DNA from: the human T2T-CHM13v2.0 reference genome, Homo sapiens
Assembly: GCA_009914755.4 (NCBI GenBank)
Contig: CP068257.2
Span: 25,824,001 to 25,888,000 of the forward strand
Length of the DNA: 64,000 nt
Reading direction: 5' to 3'
Shown here: positions 1-13,357 of the stretch, one piece after another
How the letters are laid out: every line of letters starts with the position of its first letter
How positions within the stretch are numbered: the stretch's first letter is position 1
Position numbers and translations under genes: made by a program
Notes under the pieces: generated by a model
What the model saw: the letters and a program-made list of their open reading frames with translations, nothing else
Told to the model about the DNA's origin: nothing
Databases searched by the model: none

Positions 1-152
1 AGTCTTTAAGGAAATAGTGTTTTAAATACATAAAAGTAGGTAATAAAATGCAAAGTAACAGCCAATATATATAGAGAACTTACTATACGTGAGGCAATGT
101 GCCTAGCATTTTGCACAGATTATTTCAAATTTCTCCCAAAATATCCCTGTAA

Positions 153-522
<370 letters not shown>

Positions 523-1392
523 AGGGTATCATACTCTTAACTGATAATCTTACAATGATGGAAAATAGGATGTAAACAAAATATAAATGTCATCTACTTA
601 AAATCCTACGATGAGGCCTGCACTGTCTGTGCACTGCTCCTACTAAGCACTGTTCCAATGTAGCATTCAGGCATGGGGACTCATTGCCTCTGGATATGGC
701 CCACTCTATCTCTAAATAGTTCTAGCCGTTAGACAACTGGGGCCAACCCAAGAGAGATAAATTTTGGAGCAATTTCGGGTAGTGTTTTCTATTTTCTAGA
801 GATAGGACAGAAACAAATTAGAAAAAATATCGGGAAACATGCACTGTGTCCTGCCTCACTATCCAAGACTTCTTTTTAACCAGACGAATCTTCCCAGTCC
901 TTTAAAATTGTTCTGCATCTGATCTATGTCAGCTCTCATCAGCATTCTAGCAGTGCTCTTGTGAGTCAACTCTGGATTACCTACCTCTCTTTCTCTTAAA
1001 GACCAATACTGAGAAGAGCCCAGTTGTCAGCTACACAGACTTTCAATTTGACTGCCTAATATCTTGTTCTCTCTCTCTCTTAACTCTTGTGAGTGTAGCA
1101 ACTTTCTTAAACTTCTCTGTTCCTCATCTATAAAGGAAAGATTGTAATAGCGTCCCCTTCTGGACTTGCTGTGAGGTTTCAATGAAATAATCTGTGTAAA
1201 GTTTCTAGCACAGTTTTTAGCACGTAAAGAATACTCAGCTAATGCTTTGTATTATTAGTGTTATTAATATGACAACTGTAATCAGTTTCAAGACTTGATC
1301 TACTCATAATATGATGGCAATTTACAATAATTCTTCTAATGTGTTTAAAATGGAGTTCGTTTTTGACAACAATGTAAGAGGGGTGATTAAAA

Positions 1393-1500
1393 TTATGTAT
1401 GTGTGTATATATATATACAGTGTATATACACACTGTGTGTGTATATATATATACTGTGTTTATACACACACATATATACATATATGAGCATATGCATATA
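1393..1500. repeat. Composite (TG)n/(TA)n/(CA)n microsatellite
   Basis: The tract alternates dinucleotides visibly: gtgtgtatatatatatacagtgtatatacacactgtgtgtgtatatatat... Confidence 0.85.
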
Positions 1501-3152
1501 TAATACATATGTAAATACATAATTTACCCACAAACACCCAAAACACTAGTAGTTAAAAAACCATTTTCAAATATATCACTAAGTATTTCTACCTTACCTA
1601 GGTCTAGATTTCAAATAGAGTTAGAAATTAACTTATGCAGTTGATAAACATTTATTGAAGAAATGAATTGTAAAGTAATACGCTTCTCCAGTCAGAAAGT
1701 TTTTCTCATGCTGTATATTCAATCAAATTGACAAGTGACCTTGATTTTACTTCCTCAGTCTCTTGAATTAATTCCTTCCTTTATTTCGTCATAACTGTTG
1801 TGAGCTCAACTTTTATATCTAACATGTAATCTAGGAAAACCTGAAAATCAGTGTCTCTGCTCCTTTCTCCTCAATTTACGTCCAGGACATTCCATGCTAC
1901 TAGAATAATTTTTCTTAAATGTCAGTTGGATGATTTATCACCCACTTGTCAAGAACACGCAAGGATTCACTATTGCCTGCTAGTTACCCTCAATCTGGCC
2001 TTCCTCAGACAGTTCAACTTACCTTTCCAGGGTCAATCTCTCCTATTTTTTTAAATGTATACCTCAATCACTAGACCACATGTCCTCCTTGCTACTCTTT
2101 AAAGACAATGTTCATTTTGCACTGCATTTGTATTTGTTCACGTAGGCTAGCATTTTGCTCCCACCTCATCTTCATTTTTTGCAACTCTTCCAAGTCTCAT
2201 CTCAACACCACTTCATCCATAAAGTCTCTCTGATCCTCCCATTCAGCACAACCTCCTGAGACATGAAATTCCAATGAACTTTGTTTGAACTATTTTAGGG
2301 CCCTTATCTTACACAATCGTGTATCCTAGTTATTCTTGCACTTATGTTATTAAACATAGATAGAGGGTTCTGTTTTTCCTAGTAGCCCCTCACAATATTT
2401 AGCCAAGTTTCTCAAAAATCACATGAGCTCAAGAAATGTCTGTTAAGCTGGAGGTTTGATGGATCCTACAATAGGCACTCATATTACATTTTTGAAATTT
2501 ATATTTTTAGAGAAAATAGATCTTACTGTTTTTCTCTATTATAAAGATAGACTGAGATAAACAAATACTTTAGAAAAGAAACTTTGAAGAAATAACAAAA
2601 AAGCCCTCTGAGTGTAAATCTATTTTGTAAATGATTTTGAAACGTCTTACTTTTTATATCTTATTGACATATCAAAATATTCAAAACACCATTTACCTCA
2701 GTTGCTTTAACACAGTTCCACGAAGTATAATAAAAAGAAAACTAACAATAGAAAAGAAAAGCAAAATTACTGTCCTGGTTGGTACTACTTTACTTGAAGA
2801 TCCAGTGAAGTTTCACCCAGGATTTTTTTCATGTTTTGTGAGTTTCACCAACCACATAATCATAGCTTAAAACACATAATAAACATAAACTAATACAAGG
2901 AACTAGTTGGGGGATTCTTGGGACCTGCACACAGAAAATTCCCATGTTAGAATTAGGCCAACTGACTGGAGATCTGGCTACAATGGATGGCTATTTACTG
3001 CTCATTCAGTAATCTTCAGCTGGCCTTCGAAGTAAGGACTAACTTGTCTTTTCAGGGCTGGGAAGAAAAGAGAGAAATTGTGGTTTTGTTAAGTGCTGCA
3101 GGAAATATCCGGTCTTTTCTCTTCCTCCACTGTTTAGAAAAGAGCATGTATT

Positions 3153-3452
3153 GGCCAGGCACGGTGGCTCATGCCTGTCAGTAATCCCAGCACTTTGGGA
3201 GGCCGAGGCGGGCTGATCACGAGGTCAGGAGATCGAGACCATCCTGGCTAACACAGTGAAACCCTGTCTCTACAAAAATACAAAAAATTAGCCAGGCGTG
3301 GTGCCGGGTGCCTGTAGTCCCAGCTACTCGGGAGGCTGAGGCAGGAGAATGGCGTGGAACCTGGGAGGCGGAGCTTACAGTGAGCCAAGATCGCGCCACC
3401 GCACTCCGGCCTGGGGGACAGAGTGAGACTTCATCTCAAAAAAAAAAAAAAA
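3153..3452 (+). mobile_element. Full-length Alu SINE in sense orientation, with a 15-nt A-tail at 3438-3452
   Basis: It runs ggccaggcacggtggctcatgcctgt...gaggctgaggcaggagaatggcgtggaacctgggaggcggagcttacagtgagccaagatcgcgccac...poly-A. Several CpGs have decayed, which fits an older AluS-like age. Confidence 0.93.
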
Positions 3453-4442
3453 GTCCCAGAGAGATACTCTTCCCCTCCCACTATGTGAGGAATAGCAAGA
3501 AGGTATTGTCTATGAAACAGAAAGCAGATCCTCACCAGACACTGAATCTGCCAATGCCTTAATCTGAGACCTCCTAGCCTTCAGAACAGTGAGAAATACA
3601 TTTCTGTTACTCGTAAGCTATCCAGTTTGTGGTATTTTTTTTATAGCAGTCTAAATGAACTAAGACATTATGCTTTTAAATGATTTAGATATTTATGGTA
3701 GGATTCCTATAATTGCATATCTTGACGTTGCATTTCCTGAATTACTGTGTATAATATAAAAATCAGAGTACCACACTCATCTACCAGCCAAGCTGGGCTT
3801 GTCTGACTTATTCTTTGGTCCCTCACCTCCTTCTTGATTTGGGGGGACATTCTTCTATGCAATTCCGGGTTTTTCCTGTAACCAGGTCTTAGTTTTAATT
3901 TGGTCCACTCTGACTGCTATGCTATCCGGTGCTTGATTTCAATGAATAAATTCTAAGAAAGGTAGATGCATATTCATAATTCTTTTAAGTAAATGTGTAA
4001 AATATAACTTTTGATTTTCAGGTTGAACTAAAAGATGTAAAATTTAAAAGGACAGAAATGGCACAAATGCATGTAGCAAAATATCTGAGCCTCCTAAAAC
4101 AAAACCAAATAAAAATATGTATTCTCTAAAATTTTGCATATTTCTCTGACTTCCTTATCCTCTACTCCAGTGGTGTAAAATTTCACTTAGCACCTGTTGG
4201 AGTGCTCTTGGCACTAAAATATCACAACTATTGCCAAAGTCATTTCTTATTTTCTAGAGCAGAACCAATCAGACATTTCTAAAGCTGCCTCCCTTCAAAC
4301 TTCATTATGACCTCCTTAGCTCTCTAGGTGGGGTTTATCTTTCCTCTCTGGAGGTAAATTCTCTCACCTTAGCTAACTCAGGCAACTACACCCCCTATGT
4401 CAGCTTTTTCTGGTTTTGCTGTTAATATAGGAGGTAATTATC

Positions 4443-4789
4443 TGATACGGTTTGTGTCCCCACCCAAATCTCATCTTAAATTGAGGCTCCCATAATTCCC
4501 ACGTGTTGCGAGAGGGACCTAGTGGGAGACAACTGAATCATGGAGGGGGTTTTCTCCATACTATTGTCTTGGTAGTAAGTAAATCTCATGCAATCTGATG
4601 GTTATATAAGGGGTTTCTGTTTTTGCTTCTCTCTCATTCTCTCTTGCAGGCGCCATGTAAGAAGTGCCTTTCAGCTTCCATCATGATTGTGAGGCCTCCC
4701 CAGCTACATGGAACTGAGTCCATTAAATCTATTTTTTTTTCCCAGTCTCGGGCCTGTCTTTATCAGTAGCATGAAAATGGACTAATACA
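4443..4789 (+). mobile_element. Solo ERVL-MaLR LTR of THE1/MST type, about 347 bp, flanked by a 5-bp TSD 'ttatc' at 4438-4442 and 4790-4794
   Basis: It starts with 'tgatacggtttgtgtccccacccaaatctcatcttaaattgaggctcccataattcccacgtgttg' and ends with '...tatcagtagcatgaaaatggactaataca'. Those termini match the THE1-family LTR consensus (TGATATGGTTTGGCTGTGTCC ... GACTAATACA). A 5-bp direct repeat is visible at both edges. Confidence 0.75.
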
Positions 4790-5800
4790 TTATCCTTGAC
4801 CCAAAGTTTTATCACATTCCTCTTCCAAAATTTTATGAGTAACACTCCCCTTTTCTGTTATCACTACATCCATAATCCTGACACAAGAATAACAGATTTG
4901 CCATTATTTGAAATCATATGAGAAATGTTTAATGTTTTTGAACCGTGCGTAGAAAGAACAGCTGTCAACATTGAATACATACATCCACAATGTGAACAGA
5001 GTACTCAATCTGTATTGGGGTATAGGCTTAAAAAAGTAAGAGGAAATCCTGGGCCCTGCTCTTGAAATCCAAAGCTTTGAATTAAGGTGATAGGAAATGT
5101 ATACCAATGCAAACTGAATGCTGATGTTATATGGTTGCTTCTTGTAGTAGTGAGAGTAGTTTCAAAACTGGGAGCTGCTATCATAAGCATTATGATAATA
5201 TGGGAAACCAACTATACAAGAATCCAAAATATGAAGTCATATACTCAGGGGTGTCAAGGACCACAGATTAATGAGAAAATAATTCATAGGGGAAGTTGGC
5301 CTTAGCAGAGGTATTTATACATGGTTGAGGTAAGAAGGTTTGGTGCTGAAGGGCTCCTGTCCATGGCAGGGTTACTATTCCACCCCTAAGGCAGCTTGGG
5401 CTTTCCATCTACCCTGCCTGGGTTAATGCAACCTGAAAAGTCCAAAAATTAGAAGCAGAGCCGGGTGAGATCTTGATGTAGATGGCGAAAAAGTAAGTTT
5501 TTAATGTTTGAAGCTTAGAATATGGCTGGAAGTAGAAAGGAAACTGAAGGAAGCTAGTAGTGAAAAAGTGAAGTAGACTATTGACAAAGTAATAACTAGG
5601 AATTTTTGTTTCATTTGTTGAAGCTTTTTGTATTATACTGTGCCTGATATGATCAAAATATTTGAAGGAAGACTTCTAGATCTTGTGAGTTGACACTGTT
5701 TATGCTGTCATTAAGAATATCTATTCCAACATGCAGGTTAAGATAAAAGAAGAAAGTAGCTTGGACTATTTTAGAGTTTCTTCAAGAATGAGAAAAGTAC

Positions 5801-6279
<479 letters not shown>

Positions 6280-8596
6280 CTAGCATCCACAAAGTCAGTT
6301 TTACTCTCCTTAAATTCTTTAAATTCTCCTTTTATTCTCCTTAATTTGACCCTTCTGTACGTGTGAGTCTAATCCTGACAAATCAACTCACATGAAACCA
6401 ATTCACAGAGTCTCTGGCTGAATGGAGGCTTTAACCAATAACAACTTTCCTACCTCTCGAGTTGAACACATGCCTCACTCATTCCATAAAGGACCCTCTG
6501 TATGACAGGCACTGCTTTAGGCACTTGGGATATGTGAATGCACGAGTATACAAAGCTAAAAAACAAACACACACGCAGAAAAACCAAAGCCACCTTGACT
6601 TCACAAAGTTTGTGTGCTAGTGAGGGGTGGCCACAATAAACTACAAACAAGAAAGTTAAATTATATAGCAACTTAGAAAATGATAAATACTGTGGAAAAA
6701 TAGAAATAGCAAAGGAGATTGGGTGCAAGGGCTGGAGAGAGGGTTGGAATTTCAAATGGTGTGGTCCCAATAGGTCTTATAGAAGTGATCTTTAAGTAAA
6801 ACTTAGCACATTTTATGGACTGCCAAATATATTGTAGCTGCATGGAATACATAGTGAAGAAAATAGTCTGAGACTCCACTGTTTAAATCTTAGCACAGGG
6901 GTGGGGGAGCAGTCAATAACAGTAAAGAATTATGTAACGTATCAGGTAATGGGAATGTTAAGAGGATAGTGATCGGAATGAGGTGCTCTGTCTGGTAATG
7001 TGGACTGTGAGGCTTTTTATAAGGCGGTGTTTGAGCAACAGAACCTAATTCATATAATTTCTCAGTATGGGACCCATAGAAATTAGATACTCCAGCAATT
7101 CATATGTTCTAACCCTTCATTGGGGAAAGCAATCCCAAGGAAGGGGGTTGAAGATGAATCGATGTAAGGGAGGAAAGGAGAGCAAGGTAATAAAAATGGT
7201 TGTCTCTGATCTGGCTGCCACTCTGATCTGTAAGAAAACAGCAGGGTCTAAATCTTTTAGGAAGATTTTCTAAGATGCTGGCATTCCTGGGCTCTCCATT
7301 GGGAAAGAAGGGGAAAGCACTTATGTGCTGGTCAAGGGTCTCCTTTGTGAAAGTTGCACTCTACAGGGTGTTCACTTCCCAGCACTTCTGGGCTGCTCTT
7401 GTCCAGGTTCTAAGCTGGTCCCTGGTGTATCAAGCCTTAGCTGCACCAGAGAAGCTCTTGGGTAGAAGATAAGAGAGGATCACATGGAGCATAGGCATGA
7501 TGTAACTCACTGTGCGTTGTGCGCATGTGAAGTTGAGAGGTAAACTTGCAAGCTCCATGGCCTCAAAGGTGGCTGAGTGGCCTGTGGTGCAAAGGTCCGC
7601 AGGTGAATGAAGCTTAGCAGACCTGATACAGTGCACAAGACGAAAAGTGCTTTATAGATATTAACTAATTTAATGCCAATAACAATCCTATGCTGTAAAT
7701 GCTATTTTCATCCCTATTTAACAGAAAAATAATCTAAAACATAAAGATCTTTAATAACTTACCTGGAGTCACACAACTAGTGGGTGTCAAGATTCAAACA
7801 GGCCTTTCGCCTCCAGAAACATGCTCCTTAACCTTGTGAGTACCAATCTTACTCCACAAGCTAAATTGTTTTTAATTAATGGTGAAAAAATTCTCTTAAA
7901 TCTTTTAATAGTTTTCTGTAAATTATGATTTCTAGTATTGCTTCATTTATCACAGAATCAGTTCATTTTAACTAAATTCTAAAGTAATGATATTTAATAG
8001 TCGTAGAAAGAATCACTGAGAAAGCAGCAAGAAGTGGAAGAGGAAAAAGTGCATAAATAGTACCTAGAAGGGAGCCTATTTTTATTTTATTTGATATATA
8101 TTTTGACAGGAAAGAGGACTTTTACCTAAATACATTTTCTGGTATGTTATTTCTGCTCCATCAGATGAAGAAAATTGAATTAAAAATTTTGAATTACTTC
8201 AGTGGGTTATCTTGATGTAACCGTTAAAATTGTCTATTTCAGTCTGCATGTTAAAGTAAAAGAAGGACATAGTATACAAGGGGTTTGAATATCTTTTGTA
8301 TATTATGAACAATTTGAACTCCATTTGCTTTGAGTGTTTCAGTTCCAAGCACCAGTTATCTGAGGAATGATAGGCAGAACAGACTTAAATTCAACACGTC
8401 AGTATGAAATTCTGCAGCCCTGGTAGAGAGGATGAAAGAACAATTGGTAATAGGTTCTGTTATCTTCTCAGTCCCTGTTCTGTTTGGGGATATTATCCAT
8501 TTAAGTGAAGTCATTCCAAAGCACTGAGAACAAAATGTCTCTAATTTCACTCATTTTGAGAGATATTTGATTAACATTTTACCTATGCATGTATAT

Positions 8597-8624
8597 CACA
8601 CAGACACACACACACACACACACA
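8597..8624. repeat. (CA)n microsatellite
   Basis: cacagacacacacacacacacacacacag. Confidence 0.9.
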
Positions 8625-11600
8625 GCCCTTCACAATTGTGCATAGAACTTAGGGTTTCTCTCCCAATATTAGTCTAGTCTGCATAGCCAGCAATGTTCTT
8701 CTCTTGAGGAGGATTGTAAAAGGATATTTTAAAAGTGCTTTTTCTAATGGAGAAGTGAATCAGACAAAGTAATCGTAAACAAGACATGCCATTTTTCTTG
8801 ATGAAATATCTGTGACAGTCCTCGTTTAACTGGTCTCTTTGATTCAGTCTTGATGTGGTTTGTCCTCTTGTTTGCACTCAGCACTTTGTGCAAAGAGAAA
8901 TCAGCACCTTTTCAAAATCAACAAGAAAAGTGGTAGTTACAATATTTTGGCCTTCATTTTTACTGTTGATTAAATGTGATTGTAGTTTCTTTCCTACTGA
9001 AGAACACCTAAATTCTGTCTCCCAAATAAAACAGAGAAGGGTGCATCTTTCTGTGCAATGTCACTTTTGGACCAATGAACATTAATTATGCTGTTTATTT
9101 CATCCAGAAAAACCGGAGATAAAATGTCATCCAAAGTCTTTTGATTTCTTATCCCATAGAACCCATGCTTTATCAGAACAGACATGTAGCTGACAAGGGC
9201 AATTTTTAAAATAAGTTTTAATTAGAAACTTTCCTGAAGTTCTACATTTATTTCTGCTTTAAAAATTACTAGCTAATGTCAAAGATGCTGAACTTTTATC
9301 TAGCCACTTCAATCGAAAAGGTTGGTATCAAGAAAAATACTGATTTTAGTCAATGAACAATGTTCACACAATGTAATAATAGAGAAAAAGTGATACTTGG
9401 GGAAAATAAAAATTAGTTTACTTCTTGTCCTTTTGTTCATAAAACAGTATAATTAAACTCAGTAAGTTACAAGTAGCATAATTAAGAACTACATGAGAGC
9501 CATAAAAATACTTGCAGATTCATTCAAAAGTTCTAACCACTGAATTCTGTATTATTTTTTGGGTCATAGCAGTTTCTTAAGATTTTCAGATTCAAGTTGA
9601 AGCAATGACTAATATCTTCTCATGAACATACTGACGTCAGTTACTCTTGCCATATCCCCTAGAAGAGTCGTCACGTTGGGTAGATTCTATTGGATAAATA
9701 ACTCACAGTGCTATCCTTCTTTCATCTGTGACACTCCCCTCATATAACTAATGACCATTTATCCTTATCTTTTGTCTCATTATCTCCTAATAGATTATCT
9801 ATCCTCCACAATATTACCAAGGTTGATTTATTTGCAAACAGATTTGTTGATTTCAGTGGCTCACTATCACCTACAGGAGAAGCCAGAATGCCTACAAGGC
9901 TCCCTCCATACCTTAACCTTCCCCATGACTACCTGGTATCTGGCAACACACACATACTCCGTATTTCCTGAACACCCCATGCCCTTGATCTGTGCCTTAG
10001 CTCTTGCTCTCCCTTTTGTTGGGAATACGCTCCCCCTGCTCTTTCTGCCTCCCCACATTTTTGTCCTTCATTGTATACACGATTGGCCTCTGAATGTTTT
10101 CTGGTCTCCCTAAAGAATCGGTCGTGTACATCTATGTGCTTCTGTAGAACATGCTCTACTTCTCTGTGGTGTGTGGGTCATGTAGACTACTTGAGGTTGT
10201 CAGTGACTCATTCATTCACTCAGCTCCTAATTAACAACAACTCACTTTGTGCCAGGCACTCTACTTCATGCTGTGTATGCAGCCGGTGAATACGTCAAAC
10301 ACAATCTCTCCATTATCAAGGACAAGTGGATCTCAATCTCAGCATCCATACTGACCACTTGGAGCACTTTGCAAAAAATGCAGATTCCTGAGCTACACCC
10401 CCCAGATATTTTGACCCAGAAGCTTAGAGTATAATGCAACAATGTGCTTGTTGTTAACACTTCTAGAGGATGATGATCGATTTGGCTCACTTACATGATG
10501 TGAGAGACAATGCAGTACAGTTTGTACCCTACTAGGCAAAAGAGATAACTTTCAACTTCCATTCTATTTTATTCTTCTAATTTTGTAAACTTTATACTCA
10601 CAGCAAGCAGGCTAGTGCTTGGTACTTTTTATGTGCTCAGTAAATATTTTCGAATGGATGTATGACTCTCTCGTAGAATTTACAATCTAGTGAAGAACAT
10701 GGAAGATTACAAAGGCACTTCTAATACTACATGCCATGGTTCAGGAATGATGGTGCTGGCCTAGAAGAGGATATCTAATTATGGTTTTTCAGTTAGAAAG
10801 TCTTCTCAGGAGAAAAGATAGGGCAACTGCTACCCAAAGGATAAGTATGTTACCAGATAAAATAGTTGATGTGTAAGAATGCCAGGCAAAAAGAAGTGCC
10901 TGCTCAGTATGTGGAGAGCATGACCTACTGACAGTGAAAATACAGTTATAATAAATGTGTGCCAAATGCACAAATAATCTGTGTATTGTTGGACTATGTG
11001 TTAGATATCCCACGCAATAGCTGGCAAACGGGAGGTGCTAAATAACTACTTATTAAATGAATAAACACTGTTCTGTCATAATCACTACATTTTAAATGAG
11101 ATTGTAATTGCTATTTTCTAAAACAAATAAGCACAAAAAAGCACATATTTCTTCATTTTCTCTCAATGTGTCCTCATGCATATTTGAATGCCTCCAAGAC
11201 CAGTTTTTCTACAAAGGAATGTTTACAATTAAAAAAATAACACTTTAGTTCTTAACTTATTTTTGACATTTTATGGCAAAAACAAGTTTTCTGGTTATCA
11301 GCTCTCCAGAGAATTCCATTTTAATTGTAATATATTGTTTATAGTAAAATACATTTGGAATTATTTTTTATGAATTAGTTAATTAAAGATATATGATCTA
11401 GTTGAGATGACAGTATTTTTTTCCTTTCATGTACTATCAGGAACTTCTAATAACTACTTTCAGTCAAATATAGTTATTTAAATCCTGTCATTATATACAA
11501 TCACTAAGTTACAAAATTGTAAATTCAAAGCCTCTCTTCTAGAACTGCCAGGCATTCTACTAGGCAGAATAAACGTTAACAGTGATTTTCTTTCATAAGT

Positions 11601-12149
11601 CAATTCCTATGCTGCTGCCCAGCAATGCAAAACACTTACTTCCTCTAGTGGCTAATCATGTTGCCTACAAAAGAAGAATTTCTTTTTCTTCTGGGCTTTT
11701 AGATATTATCTAAGAAAAACAGTGCATTTTTAAAATTGGTTCTCTTCTTAATTAAAAAAAAGCTTTGAAATCAGTAGAAGATTTTATAAAAGTATAAAAG
11801 AGAAGCTGCTATTGTTATTTTTAAGAGTAAAATAAAGTACTACAGCCTATCATGAGTGTAAAATTCATGAGTCAAATCTGTTTCAGTTGTACACAGTCCT
11901 TGACACATAGTAGGCACATATAATGTATCTCCCTAGTTAGAGGTTTCTATAGAGTGGGGTTTTGAATATTTATTAAAATTGTGGGGCTAAGGGGGCAATT
12001 ATTTTACCAGATTCAATCATAATAACAGAATGTGATACTAAGATACGAATGACAAATAGCTCACAATAATCCAGTTAAGAATTCTGAAAAATACAGCTGT
12101 GTGTATCAGAATTAATAAAATACCAAAATGACATTTCGAAAATGAGGAA

Positions 12150-12500
12150 AGCATGAATTTTTCAATAAGTGGAATGGTGAAAATTAAGTATACACTTGGG
12201 AGGACATGACAGGAAAGATATATCCCTATTTCACAACTTTTACACAAAATAAATTCCAATTGGATTAAAGATCTAAACATAAAACTGAAACCATATGCAA
12301 ACTTACATGGCTTATTTAATATGATACCAAAGACTGAACTGAGAAAGGATTGTAGTTCAACAGATTTAAATGTTTAAAAATGTTTGCTTATCAAACCATA
12401 TCAAATCAAGTAAGAAAGCAAAAGACAAGAATAGGAAAAATTTTGCATTGTGTACAAATAGTCAATATCTTTAATATAAATAACTCCCTTTTATGAATTA
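12150..12500 (+). mobile_element. Ancient L1 (L1M-type) ORF2 3' region fragment
   Basis: Plus-strand translation of 'cacaaaataaattccaattggattaaagatctaaacataaaactgaaaccatat' gives HKINSNWIKDLNIKLKPY. That matches the conserved L1 ORF2 C-terminal motif '...KINSKWIKDLNV(R/K)P(E/K)TIK'. The frame is decayed and the boundaries are approximate. Confidence 0.55.
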
Positions 12501-12707
12501 TTTAGGAAAGTGCAAGTAATCCACTAAGGTGGTTAAAGAAACTGAACTAGTAAATCACAGGAAGAAATAAAAAATCAGTATGGCTAAGCATCTTAGTACT
12601 TTGCATTATGTTTATGAATTATATTACAATGAGGTCACTAAAGATTAAAACAGGGGACATTTTCCATTGTTATTAAGACTGAGGACAAAGGAGTACTCAA
12701 GGGTAAC

Positions 12708-12806
12708 AAGTTAATGAAAGAACAAATTGTCTCAATTTTTAAGTTAATGAGAGAATAAATTGTTTCAATTTTCAAGTTAATGAGGGAATAAATTGTTTCA
12801 ATAGTC
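12708..12806. repeat. Minisatellite-like tandem repeat, three copies of a 33-bp unit: aagttaatga[a/g]aga[a/g]aaattgt[c/t]tcaat[ttttt/tttc/agtc]
   Basis: Three head-to-tail copies are directly visible at 12708-12740, 12741-12773 and 12774-12806, with 3-4 substitutions each. Confidence 0.85.
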
Positions 12807-13357
12807 TTCAATCATACAATACTGCAGTCAGTAAAATAATATCTATTTTTAGAACATTGACAGAGAACAATGTCTTGGACATATTTTAAGACAAAACCCT
12901 TGAACAAGGTAGGTTTGAACTGCACAGCTCCACTTATACATGGATTTTTTTTTCACCTCTGCCACCCTTGATACAGCAAGATCAACTACTCCATTTTCTG
13001 CCTCCTCCTCAGCCTACTCAATATGAAGTTGATGAGGATGAAGACCTTTATGATAATCCACTTCCACTTAATGAATAGTAAATATATTTTCTCCTCGTGA
13101 TTTTTTCAACAACATTTTTCTCTTAGCTTACTTTAATGTAAGAATACAATATAAAATACACGCAGCATACAAAATATATGTTAATCAACTGTTTATGTTA
13201 CCAATAGGCTTCTAGTCAACAGTAGACTATTAGTAGTTAGGTTTTTGGGGAGTCAAAACTTATACATGAATTTTTGACCATATGGGGTTTGGTATTCCTA
13301 ATCCTCATGTTGTTCAAGGGCAAAGCATGTAAGGCATCTATATAGTTACTATAGCTA

